In this document: positions 49,214 through 61,737 of the stretch, in pieces
How positions within the stretch are numbered: the first letter of the stretch is position 1
Layout of the letters: each line of letters begins with the position of its first letter
DNA from: Sphagnum compactum
Taxonomy: Eukaryota
Direction: 5' to 3'
Assembly: GCA_965153455.1 (NCBI GenBank)
Contig: OZ234493.1
Location: forward strand, 22,496,213-22,560,212
DNA: 64,000 nucleotides
The notes under the pieces: generated by a model
What the model saw: only the letters and a program-made list of their open reading frames with translations
What the model was told of the DNA's origin: nothing
Database searches by the model: none
Position numbers and translations under genes: made by a program

Positions 49214-50162
49214 TAAGTGTCGTCAGACTAGTCGTCACACCGATTAAATAGATATTCATCTTCCGACCATGTTAATTTGAATCGTTTAATACGAGGTATT
49301 TACGCACTCTGCTGCAGCTACGCACTCACTCTGTTTGACGTCTGGACAATCTCAATGTGATGCTTGATGAACATTCCATCAGTGGAATGATCCGTATCAT
49401 AGTAATTACGCCATGATGCGTATTAATCGTTGCAACAACTCGTTATTGTTTGTGGCGTCTTGCTAACACTTGTTTGTCGAACTTGATCATGTGTTGCAGA
49501 ACCGACTTACGTTCTTCCATACAAACGAAACAGCTCCCCTAGCTTGCTTCTCTAGGACTTCATGATCACACGAACACAGTTCTATGCAAAACCACGAAAC
49601 ACCTGGCTGGGTCAATGGGAGTACCTCGGGCAGCGCCGCAGCAGACCTTGTATATCTAGTCGAATATATAATTAAAAGCTCGTAGCTGTCAGAAATGGTA
49701 TTCCAATGCAGGAATGAGCTCAAACCGACAATCGAACACAAATCGACAATCCAGAATATGATGGTCTGCATAAACTCTTAGCTAAACTTCGTGTTCAAAT
49801 ATATATATATAAATTCCTTCCTGTTTGCAGCAAAAGAAACGCGGGCCGTACATATACGTGTACAATATAATATGTTTACGTATACAGTATGCTTGAAGCC
49901 TAAAGTTAAGCATAGTTATGCATTGTATTGTCAGTTAATATCTGACTTCCTTATAAAGGAATTTTCAGATCAGCCAGAACTGCAGCAGACACTGCAATTG
50001 GTGCAATTTGTGAGAGCCTACTGGCCATCATGAGATTTATCAAACTGTTCTATTATTTATATTTCAGTCATGGATGTATGTATGCATTATTATCATTCAA
50101 AAAGTTAGGGATGTTGCAGCTTTGCACCCCGGGAATAATAGATCACTTTCATACCAATCCGG

Positions 50163-50472
50163 CACATTATATATAGTAAAGGACGTCGTGAAGCTTACCC
50201 TTAATCCGTCCCGTCATCCGTCCTGTCATCCAACCGGATGGACATTTCATCCATCCCATCGTCCATCTATTTCAGCCGGACAGACATTTCATCCATCCCG
50301 TCATCCGTCTATTTTAGCCAGACGGACATTTCATGCGTGGAGAGAACCAAGCAGCTCAATATCAAAGTGCAGAGTTACGCATATGGTATGACATTTCATG
50401 CATCCCGTCATCCGTCTATTTAAGCCGAATGGACATTTCATGCTTGGAGAGAACCAAGCAGGTCAACATCAA
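50163..50472 (+). repeat. Dispersed repeat with internal ~42-bp tandem duplications
   Basis: Repeated GACATTTCAT(C/G)CATCCC(G/A)TC.TCC.TCTATTT.AGCC units, and two copies of GGACATTTCATGC.TGGAGAGAACCAAGCAG. The 5' end is shared with 17551-17660. Confidence 0.7.
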
Positions 50473-52243
50473 ATCGATATTATAATACTTCGTACTACCT
50501 CTTCTTAGTTGAATCAAATGATGCTAGGTTATCCCCAAGGTTGAATAAGGTAGAGACACCCGAAAACCATTTTGAACTCAAAACCGTGTCCTATTATGGT
50601 CTCCCATCACCAGTTGATGTGGGGCGGGAAAACGTGTAAGGTGTATTCCATTGTCACAATTTTATGTGCCCTTAGCATAATTCTTTGTATTGACATGGTC
50701 AATAAAAGATACAATTAAGTTCACTAGTTTTTGCATTTAGAAGGACAACTATGAAAGTGGTTTTGTATGTGGGCGAAGCTATCCTTGGGTAGTAACATTA
50801 GGAACCACCTCAAGGAATGCTTAAAAAATCGAGGACGACCTAATTATTTGTTAGGTCTTTTATTTTAAATATTTTCACAAACTATAAATTATTATTTTCT
50901 CATGTTATGATTTATCAATTGCATGCATTAATATATGGTTTGAAGTTTATTTTGAAATTAATTTTTTTTGAAATTGTTAAAAATTTGTGTTCTTAATTCA
51001 AATGGCCCCTAATTAAAAAATTGATAGCTTTAACTTTGAAATTTTATAACTAAATTATATTTACTAAATGAATTGCCTAATAAAAACCTGAAAATAAAAT
51101 TACCTTAGAAAAAAATTCCCAAGAAAATTCTTAAATTTTGTTTCAAATTTGTGTTCTTGATTAAAAAGTTCAAAGAAAGGAACTAGCATTATGTTTTTGA
51201 AACTTTTTATAAATGCAGTGGAATTAAAAAATCAAAATACACAATATTTTTTATATTATTAAAATTTCAAAGTCTATGGAACTTAATAAATGTACTCAGT
51301 AAAAAAATAAAATGAAAATGGGTCCAAGCATGATGAAATATACCAAAAAAGTATTCTCATGAAAATTTAATTTCAAAAATTATAGTCTCTTTTCAACATT
51401 CACATTCAAAAAATATTAAAAACATATTAAAATTGCATTTTGAAATCATAGAGCTCTTCATTGAATTTATTGTCATTTAGAAGGAATTTATTTTGAAATT
51501 CCTTCTAACCTGTCACACAATTTAAAACAATCCAACAATGTTTTGGATGTAATGAAAAACAACCTTAAGCTTGTATTCTATTGAACTTGTATTCTATTGT
51601 GACTCTAATTTTCTTGTCTCAAAATTATCTTTAAAGTCAAGCATTTTTAAGGATTGTTTACTTGCATTTAAGAAAAGTTGCTTAGGAACTTTTCACACAT
51701 GTGAAATTGTTTCTAAAAGCATCATTTACTAACATTAAGATCCTAGCAATAAGAATTTAATGCCAAGTGCATGATTCACAAAGTAAGCTAAGGTTAGAAA
51801 TAAGTTAGATTACTACAAAATTCTGAAAATTTATATCTAATTCTACCAATGTCCAAGACATTACATTTCCACTTACTATAAGTTTTTTAAATTTTGTATT
51901 TCTTGGAATATTGGTGCCAAACTCCTTATTATGACAATTTTGGGTGCCTCTACCTTATGAGAAACCTTGGTCACTGAGAGTACAATGTAGTCCACATTCT
52001 CTCAGATTTATTTTTTCTGATATGACATGGGTCTGAGCAAAGCAGTAAGGAATGACCCCATAACTTGCTTTTAATTCTATTCATGATTTCATAACTTACA
52101 TAACTTAATTTCATAACTTACATAAGTTACATCATAAAAGATGTAAGTTAGTAGCTTAAAATATTCAAAGAGGCAGGTAGCAAACTCAACTACTGTGCAC
52201 CTTTTGCCTGACTACAAGCTGTAGGCATGCCATGAACCTAGCG

Positions 52244-52615
52244 GAACAAGCATCCACCAATGCACCATCCACTGGATGCCCGTTATTACTCAGTCGTGGA
52301 TGAACCTCAACCGAGTTAATATTTGGTTTCACCTTGGTAACCAATTATGTAAGAAATAGGTCTCATGTATAGGTAGATAGGTAGAAAAATAGGTAACTAC
52401 TAGGTGAGTAGATGGTTTATACATAGGGGTAAGGGCTGTTCTTACTACCTACCTACCTACTAACTCTACCCACAAGTGGGTTGTCAGTAGGCAAGTAGTT
52501 AGAAAAAGCACTCAGCTAACCCACCATGATTAGCTACGGAACTGGAACTCAACAGAAAACTGTTTTCTGACCACTTTCCATCCATCCTTCATGGTACACT
52601 GGTGGGTGCTGGTTC
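52244..52615. mobile_element. Probable MITE with ~25-bp imperfect TIRs
   Basis: GAACAAGCATCCACCAATGCACCAT versus the reverse complement of the right end, GAACCAGCACCCACCAGTGTACCAT. No clear TSD. Confidence 0.5.
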
Positions 52616-53026
52616 ACTATGGCCCCGTGGAGGCGTGTAGGCTAATAGCAAAAGCCTAGCAAATTAATAAGGTATGTAGGAATGTTGATTATGGCCAGAA
52701 TTCACCTCCTTTCGGCTATAGCCAGGCTCAAGCTAATGAATAACTTGTCGGTTACAAAGTGGTCTTGATCATGAATATTTTGTACATGTATTCAAGACCC
52801 ACCCATAGTCTACTGCACAGCCATTAAACCCTAAACCTTAAAATGGGGCAACCCTGGAGACAAATTTTTACAAGTGGATGAGTGATGAAAGGAAATGATG
52901 ATCTCCATAAATTTTTTTAAAATGCATTAGTTATAAAGTTCATCACAAACATTAATTTCTTTTTGTATATCGAATGTTTACATTCATACATCCAAGTTCA
53001 AACATTCAAACTCTTTTTGTTAAGCC

Positions 53027-53111
53027 ATTAATTTCAAGTACATACGTATTGCTTACATTTGGGGTTGTTGAAAACCCAAATGTAAGCAATACGTATGTAC
53101 TTGAAATTAAT
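53027..53111. repeat. Perfect inverted repeat, 37-bp arms, 11-nt loop
   Basis: ATTAATTTCAAGTACATACGTATTGCTTACATTTGGG-gttgttgaaaa-CCCAAATGTAAGCAATACGTATGTACTTGAAATTAAT; the arms are exact reverse complements. Confidence 0.95.
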
Positions 53112-54284
53112 AAGGTTTTATTGATTTTTTAACAAAATTATCTCATGAGTTCTTTGGACACACTTGGCAAAATTCTTGAAACAATATAGAAAATTTCCCC
53201 AAAGTTTTTTAATGATGGTTTATAAGAGCATCATCTCCACCCACACCCTTTATTTGGTCCTCCATTAGCCTTTATTAGTGTTGCCGTAGTAGTAATATAG
53301 GGGCCTGCTCTCCATGGGGAGCAGGCCTATGTACTCGGGCAACACCAGTAAAGACCCTGGTATGGAAGGAAAAAAGCCCCCTATACTAGGAACAGGTATG
53401 TTTAAAAAGTTGATATTGGACTTATACTTACATTTAGTATTTATCGCATTCAACATAGGCTGTTAATTATTTTATTTTCCCCACCCATAAACAAAAAAAA
53501 TATTGTACAATATAAAATGAGAGATCATTCAAATACAAATCACATGGGGGGCTAAGCAAAAGCAATCATTTTCTTTTATTGGAGATCATTGTATGTCATG
53601 TGCATATTTACAAGTTCAAACTCAATTTCATGAAATGTAAAGGCTACACTTCATCCGAAGTACTATGTACAAACCATCACTATATTGAGAGATGATGCCC
53701 TAAAAGCCCTATGTCAACTACCTCCATATGACAACAATCAGTGTATTTTTTTCAATTCCCGTATGGAGCCCAGGTGGCGTCATCCAGAGGTCGATTTCGA
53801 GTTAATTGGAGACTCTTTTTCAGAGAACTCTTACATGTGGAGCCTGTAGACATGAATGTGGCAACACCCTAAACCCCTCAAGTCACTTGTCCATGATGTT
53901 CATAAACCTCTTGCTTTTGACAACCATCACTTATGGCCCTCTCCCCTTTTTAAGTACCTTTGATGGTACCTTGTGCTGAATTGAGCATTTCATCCAGAGC
54001 CTATATACATCAAGTTAGCGCACAGGAGCACTACCAACCCTCTCACCACAACATTAATTACATCCTCACTAAGGTACCTAAAACATCAACAAGGTCACTC
54101 ATATGAACTCAGTATGGTGCATCTTGATGATAATGGCCAACAAGTTTGCAAGCTGCTTCACATTCATTCCTTAGACACAAGCTTACACAGATCCAGGAAC
54201 TCGGAAACTGGAAATCCAATACTAGGTCTCTGCATGGGTGAGAGAGTCTGTAGCCCAATGATGCTCCAAAGAGCCTTGCAGAAT

Positions 54285-55000
54285 TGGAAATCAGCCCATA
54301 GCAGATGATGGCCAGTTTCTCACTAAGGTAGCACCGAGCCTGTTCCTTCTGCTGCTCACCCACATCATGCAATTCAGAACTTGTGTCAGGCACATAACCA
54401 GCCTCCTTGATCCGTGTATGTAACTTGTCCAATTCTTCAAAGATGTTCTCAGTTTGCAAGTGTAATCAGTCAACCCCTACAACTTTATGGACCGTGCCAT
54501 TGAGCTCAATCATGCTCCGATCTGTCTCCTTTGTCAAACCTCTATCCTCCATGACCTTCCACCAAGGCATTTCCTAAAGAAGTGTCTGCTTCAAATCCAG
54601 CTTTGACAACAAGAGCACAGACCTTCTTCCCCTCTTTCAGAACTGCTGAGTCCACACAAGCATTGAGGATGTTCATGAACATAACCTCACCAGGCTCTAC
54701 ACCTTCTTTTTGCATTTGTTGAAAGACCTCAAGAATCTGCTTGCTACAACATTGCTGAGAATATCTGGAGATCATGGTGGTCCATGAAACCACATCCCAT
54801 GTAAGCATGTTGTCAAACACTCAGTGCACATCGACAATACTCCCGCACTGTACATACATGCTGAGAAGGTTGTTCCATAGAAAAACATCTGACTTAAACC
54901 CTGAATCGATGATTTGATAATGTACCTGCTTCCCATCTTCCAAGGATTTCTTCATTGCACATGCCTGTATGACACGGACACACATCCGGTAGTGTGTTCC
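54285..55000 (-). pseudogene. PLS-class PPR E+/DYW (organellar RNA-editing factor) pseudogene
   Basis: PPR motifs VIQACAMKKSLEDGKQVH..GFKSDVFLWNNLLSMYVQCG..VH*VFDNMLTWDVVSWTTMIS..GVEPGEVMFMNILNAC, followed by MEDRGLTKETDRSMIE..VD*LHLQTENIF..AGYVPDT..LHDV..LSEKLA. In-frame stops at 54821-23 and 54466-68, a frameshifting deletion near 54560, and a truncated DYW domain. Confidence 0.9.
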
Positions 55001-56639
55001 AATGCCTTGTCACTCCACAGGTCCTAAGCTGCACATGGACTGCTTCGCTCACTCAACTGTCGGCAGAGTCTGGCCAATCCCCATATGTGCCACAAATGTC
55101 CATGTTGCCTTGCTTACCAACTGGTTTCCCTCCATTTGTTTCTGAAGACAGATTGGTAGCATTGCCTGGACCAGATCCTTACCTGGAGGTACAACATGCA
55201 ACCATCTGACTCCATGGAAATTGCACAGACAGCCTGCAAAATGAGGACCTTAAACCCTGTGAGTGATGATGTCCACATAGTACTATACCTTCTGGATTAA
55301 GCACACAGTTTGCAAATCAGCCAGCTTCCAAATTGGAAGTTTCCAAGCTACAACATCATGATGACCTTTGAAACAAGCACCAGAAAACTTTGCTGCTTTA
55401 CAGCTGCCAATATTCCAGATCTAAACCCTATCTGGATTCCAGAAAGCTTTCATGAGGCAAGCCGCTATGAACTCCAAATCAAAGAGATGCAAATTCTCTT
55501 TTATGGCCAGCATTCAATGTTGAAAATCAAGCCCCAGACATCTCTGCAAAATGTCTAGAGCCTTAAACCATGGGAAAAAGCCATTGAGCATTCAAAGATT
55601 TGAATGCAAGCTCCCCATTTGCTTGTATCTCAGTCATCACAATTGAGCTAGAATAAGCAACAATTGTACACCTTGAGGAAGATGTCTGCACAGCAAAAGC
55701 CCCAAAAAACTTCCTCATGGCAAGTCTACAGTATGCAAAGAAGATAAATCCTTAAGGAAGGATTCACATAGTCTACACTGACATGACACCATTTAGTAAG
55801 ATGTTATCATTTGAGATGTACTGTCACAAATGACTATGAACTCTTCAGCTGTGCAGAATAAAGAATCAAGCACAAGAACAAGATGAAGGGATGTGGAGTG
55901 CCACTCTAGTAGCAGTTGGGTCTGCAAATGTGAAGCATTCTTTAGGCAAGTTACTTGGCCAAAGTCGGGCAAGCTTTGCTGAAGACATAACCACAGAAAT
56001 GTACAAGCAAATAAAAATGTGGGAGCAAACCTCTGGCCTGCAGCTACTATGGACTTTCTCCTGTGAAATTAATGCAGGGCTTGAGTTGGTTCTGACATCC
56101 AGTATACAAAACCCCTCAAATGATGGAGCAATTTTGTTTGAAGTAGGTGGAACATGCTCCTTACAGCCAATGCTGTATATGTGGGTAATCTTCCAGACAT
56201 TCTAGTCCGTGAATCAGGTGGCATGTAGCCTCATTTACTCTTTGATCTTGCATCCAACATCTTGTCATTTCACGAAGAGCTTCTACAGCAACCTGCATGG
56301 ACCAACAGCAAGGAGGCACAATGGCTGTAGACCAGGATGAATGCCTAAATGAAAGAAACACTTTTAAGGTTATACTTCAAATCCACAATGGGTAAAGACC
56401 TCTTTTTATTCTCTCTGCTTTCCAATGCCTTCTGTTTTGTGATTTTGATCTTAGTTTCAGATGAAGCCCTTTGGAAGAGGCCAAGTATAGATGAAACAAA
56501 TTTCCAATTTTTGTGCAATAGTTGCTGCCTGATTTGATCCTATGTTCTTGTTGGTCACTGCATTGCCAAACAGGTCTTTGGTATATGCCCATCACTCTGT
56601 GGGAGTTGAAAGAAATCTATAGATTTGCTAGCGTACTAA

Positions 56640-56938
56640 CAGCAGCTCTACCCATGCTCAGTATGCGGCCCTGCAACATTCTTTCTCACATCTAAGATTA
56701 GTTATTTACTTTTTTCCAACCTCACCCATAAAACCGAAACTCCGATTGGTAGCAATAATAGCAACCTACCTGGACCAGACAAACCATCTAGCAAATCAAC
56801 ACTAGGTGCTAGGCTTTGGTGTAGCCTTCAGCCAGCCTCAGGATCCTATGATCAATGCTGAAGCCAAACCAACTTGTTTTGCCTTCTCTTCATCCAAAAT
56901 TTACTGTACAATAGAATGCACCACCGGTGGAGTTGCTC
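56640..56938. mobile_element. Tourist-like MITE, 299 bp, related to the 48851-49213 element
   Basis: TAA|CAGCAGCTCTACC..TGCTCAGTATG..CCCTG ... GGTGGAGTTGCTC|TAA, with a TAA TSD. The first ~150 bp are collinear with the 48851 copy (CATC(C/T)AAG..AGTTA..AATAGCAACC.ACCTGGACCA..ATCTAGC). Confidence 0.7.
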
Positions 56939-57899
56939 TAAGTATGATTAAAGATTGCTTCAAAGGGAATCAATCAGCCACACTAATCATTAGCATGATA
57001 GCACACAATGACTAGTGCTCTCCCAATAGAAATGCTAAACCATTTTGTCTTGTGTTCATTGGGAATGTCATCGAGGAGTTCATTGTGTGTTGCTAGAACA
57101 GGATAGCTTACCCAAAGAACTCAAGACAAGGGTACTGGTGTGCTAGCCTAGGAAGTTGTGAGAGGCCCATGATGTACACAAAGAGTTGTAACACGTTTTG
57201 CTAACTGAAGGGATATTTATATATTCCTCACTATTAGAGAAATTGGCAATGAATATGGGAGATAAGCAATTTGCTTGCCATTGTTTGTGCTGCTTTCTTG
57301 TGCTTGTGATCTGAAGTCTGATTATTGTGTACCAGTGCAGTTGTGGGATGAGAGATGTGTTTCTACATATCATCATGTGATGCTAACTAACCTGAATAAC
57401 TATGTGACCAAGATGGATTAAGATCATGAGTTGTTACATTCCCCCTTCATTTGCATCATTTAAAATTACTTCAATGATTTGATGATAGTAACAATATCCT
57501 ACCCCCATCAATTCATTAAAGCCTATCAATTTTATCAATGTTAAGATCCTTTCCAATTTTGAAAAGGAACGATGCACATTTTATAAGTAAAATTGATGTT
57601 TGAAAAAAAAAATTCATTGTTCACTATAACTTTGAAAATGCAAAAAAAGTTTTGAAACATGATCAATTTGTATCAAGTTTTAAACAATGAAACTTTATAA
57701 GTAGTGGAACTTTTTTTTTTAAATGGACAATTCAATTTAATATGTTGCCTTTATGAATTTTTTAAAATATAAAATTACAATTTTAAACATTGTCCACACA
57801 CCTTGTGCCTCCTTCTATTATGTTTGCACCCTAAAGGTTCATTATACCCAACAAATATACATTTTAAAGTTTTGGGGTTTAATTTTGTGCAATTCTCAT

Positions 57900-59830
57900 T
57901 AAGGATATGAAAGTAAGCTTGACAACAAAAATTTCGAAAATGAAGAAGATTGTGTTTTATACAAGTTCATAATTAAAAAGGTGTAATATTATTGAAGACT
58001 AATGTATACGAACAATGTTGAATATAAAATGATGTATGTAGTGCTTCAACCTAAAATGAATTATTTAGTTCATAATTTTTTAACATGTTCTTAGCTTATT
58101 CAATTAAAGTTTCATTTTTACATTTTAAAACACCATTTTGTGCTAAATTGTATGGATTTGTAAATTGATGTTGAATACCAGGATTGGAACAAAATTTATT
58201 AAGTTTATTGGAAATGAACTCCCTCCATTATCAAAACATAAAATAAGTATATTTTTACCGGTTTGAACTTTAACAAGAGACTTATATTGAGTAAAATATG
58301 CCAAAGCTTCACACTTTTGTGTAGGAAATAAATGTGGGTGTACCTAAAGTAGTCATTTACGAAGATGAAAAAAATACAATGCACCATGAAATCAAGGGGT
58401 GTTCATGAGCCCACATACATTAGTATGGATCGAAAATAAAGGTTCAGTGGCTTGGGTAACCAATGGAGTTGGATATGGTGATTTAAATGTTTTTCAAAAA
58501 TACAACCTTCGCAAATGGGGAGAAAATATTTAAATGAAGTAAACCAATGACCATATTATGAAAGCGGATGGTATTTAAAGATTTAATATCAAGATGGCCT
58601 AGGTGATGATGTTGTTTTAATGTGTCAAGGTTTAATGTAGATGAAAAGGATGCAACTAATCCTTGTGAATATGGTTTTAGACCAATGCCAAGCATAAAAA
58701 TATTTCCTTCCTTATTTATTGTGATGATTGTCTTTTTACAAGTAGGTGAAGTGGTGGTGAGAATACATTGAGCATTTGTAAAAGTGACAATAGTATTTCC
58801 AATGATGGTAATTTGTGCAACTCCCAAGAGATTTTTGGTTATTCCAAGTATATACAATACATCATAAATTATTAAGGTTTCGCCAAATGAAAATTTGTAT
58901 GAGTGTAAAGCCATAGCCCAAGCTTTGTAAGAGCTATTATCCTTCCAAAATATTGTTTTAGGAATGTCAAATAAAATGTAGTCTTTAAAAAGATTTTTTA
59001 GAGGTGACATGTTGGTTAGCTCTTGAATCAAGGAACCATTGATGGGAAATGTCTGAGGCTTGTATAATACAATTACAAATAAATACACAGGGTCCTTAGA
59101 TTTGACATAATTCACATGTTGCCTTTGAACTAAAACATCTCTTCTCTTTTTACAACACTCAAGAGCCCATGGCCCCTTTTTGGACAATAGTGACATCTTA
59201 TTGGTTGTGAGGAGGGAAGATTCCCAAATGTAGGGAATTTCTTAAATTTGTGTTGTGAATTATTATAAATTGGGTTTTGGAGTTTCCCTTTGACATAAAA
59301 TGCAATAGATTTTTGTGGTTCAATTTTTAGAATTTTAATGGCATGTTGTTGTAAAAGATTGGAAAGCAATTAAGTAAAGATGAAATTGACAATGCCACCT
59401 TGTGTGGTAACAAAAGCACTCCATGTGTTTGGTAAGGCTTTAAAAAGTAAATTTATTGCAAGTGAGTAAAAGTGCAACCAACCATAGTAGCTTCTTCAAA
59501 GTGAACTGCTAGGACTCTAAAAACACAACAGCATCATCGGACTCTAAAGCATTAATCAATGCAATTTCTTATGCAAATTCACTCGAAAGGATTTATTATC
59601 ACATTACATTGGAGGTGATAAGTGGTTTTAGAGAGATTCATTGCTTTTCTCCACAATGGAGGAGTATGTTAACACAAGCTTTGGAATCTTTAAATTTCCA
59701 TGTAAGTTGAATGGCAGGATCATTGGGACCAAGGTCCACTTCACTCCTGTCAACAACACTCTATAAATCAAAGCTAATTAACAACATCTCAACTTCAATG
59801 TTCCATGTGAAATAATTGGCAAGAGTCACG
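57900..59830 (-). mobile_element. Degraded Ty1/Copia LTR-retrotransposon gag-protease-integrase remnant
   Basis: In order on the minus strand: NYFTWNIEVEMLL (gag N-terminus), zinc knuckle CHYCPKRGH, protease WFLDSRANQH, DVLYILGITKNLLGV, pre-integrase HHHLGHL..ICEGC, and integrase IHTNVCG..FFIFVNDYFRYTHIYFL. This is the Copia domain order. Many frameshifts; LTRs and reverse transcriptase not seen; left boundary approximate. Confidence 0.85.
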
Positions 59831-61737
59831 GAAAGATGTTGTAAGCACATGAAAGACTTGTGTATGTAACCATGAGGAAATGTAATGTGCTACTGAAGGG
59901 GGAAATGAGGGATGGAAAAACACAATATCTCACTGAGAGTGGAAGATCAAAGTCAAAAAACATAAAATCCCCCCCGCACAAATTATGGTTTGTAATGCCT
60001 TCGGGTTTTAAACTAAAAGAAAATGACCAAGTCTTACACAATATAAATAAAGAAAGCCATGTATGATGGGAGGTAAGGGCCCTCCCACCATACAAGTGGG
60101 CCACCTATATATGCAACCTCGCACAAGGCCAATTCACCACTAAGATGCACCCCACCAAGGTTATTACCAAGTACCTAATAACATTGTAGATGGAAACAAG
60201 GATATCATGGAATTGAGAAGAGACATGCCAATTGTTTGCATTGGAAAGAATATGTTGAAGTTGCAGCCTAGTCTCCATGGCCATCCGTATTGGAAAGCTT
60301 GGGCCCCTTGCAAACATCCCTTGTCCTGATTGATTGCCATAGTTTGACAATCCAGGTCTTTGGTACCTAACAATACTTGAAATGCAACATTGGAATATAG
60401 CAACCACTTCCCCTACTTTTGTGTTCAGAACTGCTACCAAATCCACAGCTTTGAACTGCAAATGCTTGGTGTGATAGCAATTTAGCCTGGACTGGATTGC
60501 AACCTGTCATGCTGAGGCGCAGGCACCCAGAGGGTTGAAATCTGAATCTGACAATTGATGGGACCTTTCTCTACAAAATCATGGTATTTATGAACAATAT
60601 ATCTATGCGTCCAGTTGCAGTTCTAATTTCAATTTAGCAACACCCAACATAGCATTTGGGTAGCTAGTTGAATTGTGAAATCATGGCTACCCAGAACAAG
60701 CTATATATTCCATGGCCAGAAGATTCCCTGGAGATCTTCTACAGGGACTTTAAGAAGCTCCTACCTCATTACAATATCTTCATAAGTACTGAGGAACTTC
60801 TCCACACTTGACCTGACTAGAAGTGATGACCCAATAATAAGATGGTATAGAGATTTCAGATTGCATACAAATCATCGAACAGGGAAAAGATGAAACCTAA
60901 CCCTAAAGAACGAAGGAAGGGGTTTGAATGATGGTAATAGACACATGCATGTTCAGAGACCTTCAACAGTGACAGCTACCAGAACACCCTGACTGACTTC
61001 ATCAGCTCCTGACAGTGGGTGGAGGTCAATGTCATACATTGACCAACGTACTGCATTTCTGTCACAAGACCTACAGTGATGGGAAGACTCAGCTACTTGT
61101 GATGGCTACCTCCACAAATTTACCATGGAAAGAGAAAAGGAAAAAGAAAAGAGAACCCAAACAAGGGAAGTGAAGGAAAAACAAGAGAAACAAGATGGAG
61201 AAGAACTCTTCTCTTGTTCTCCACAGAGCAGCTCTCTTCACAGGGCTCTATGCTTCACCAGCTAAACAGGCACACATAACTAGTTCCAGAATACATATAA
61301 TAGACTCTTGATTGAGTATTGGAATATGAGTGAGAAAATTCCATATTGAAGATTGATTGACAGACATTGGCTGTAAAACTCCACAATCAAGAGACCTGGA
61401 AATGAATGTGCACATTAGCAGCATAACTAAGGTATTAACATTTCACTCAGGGTGCACCCTCTGTTTCTTCTTCTGGAAGTAATTATCCCAGAGCAACAAG
61501 ACTGGTGAAAGGAGAAATGACCACCAAGGTTGATTTATGCAGAATTATAAGCATTATGGTCAATACATCGCATTACAAATTGGGAGTTAACCTGAAAGCA
61601 TTTGAGATTCAGCAAAGGATCCAGCTGCCCAGCTAGACTGGTGACTTTTGCTGAGAGATCATCATCATGTTCCTGACTCCAATTTAAGCATGATCTAAAA
61701 GTCCAATAACCGAAGCATTGAGAATTCGTCTGCAATG

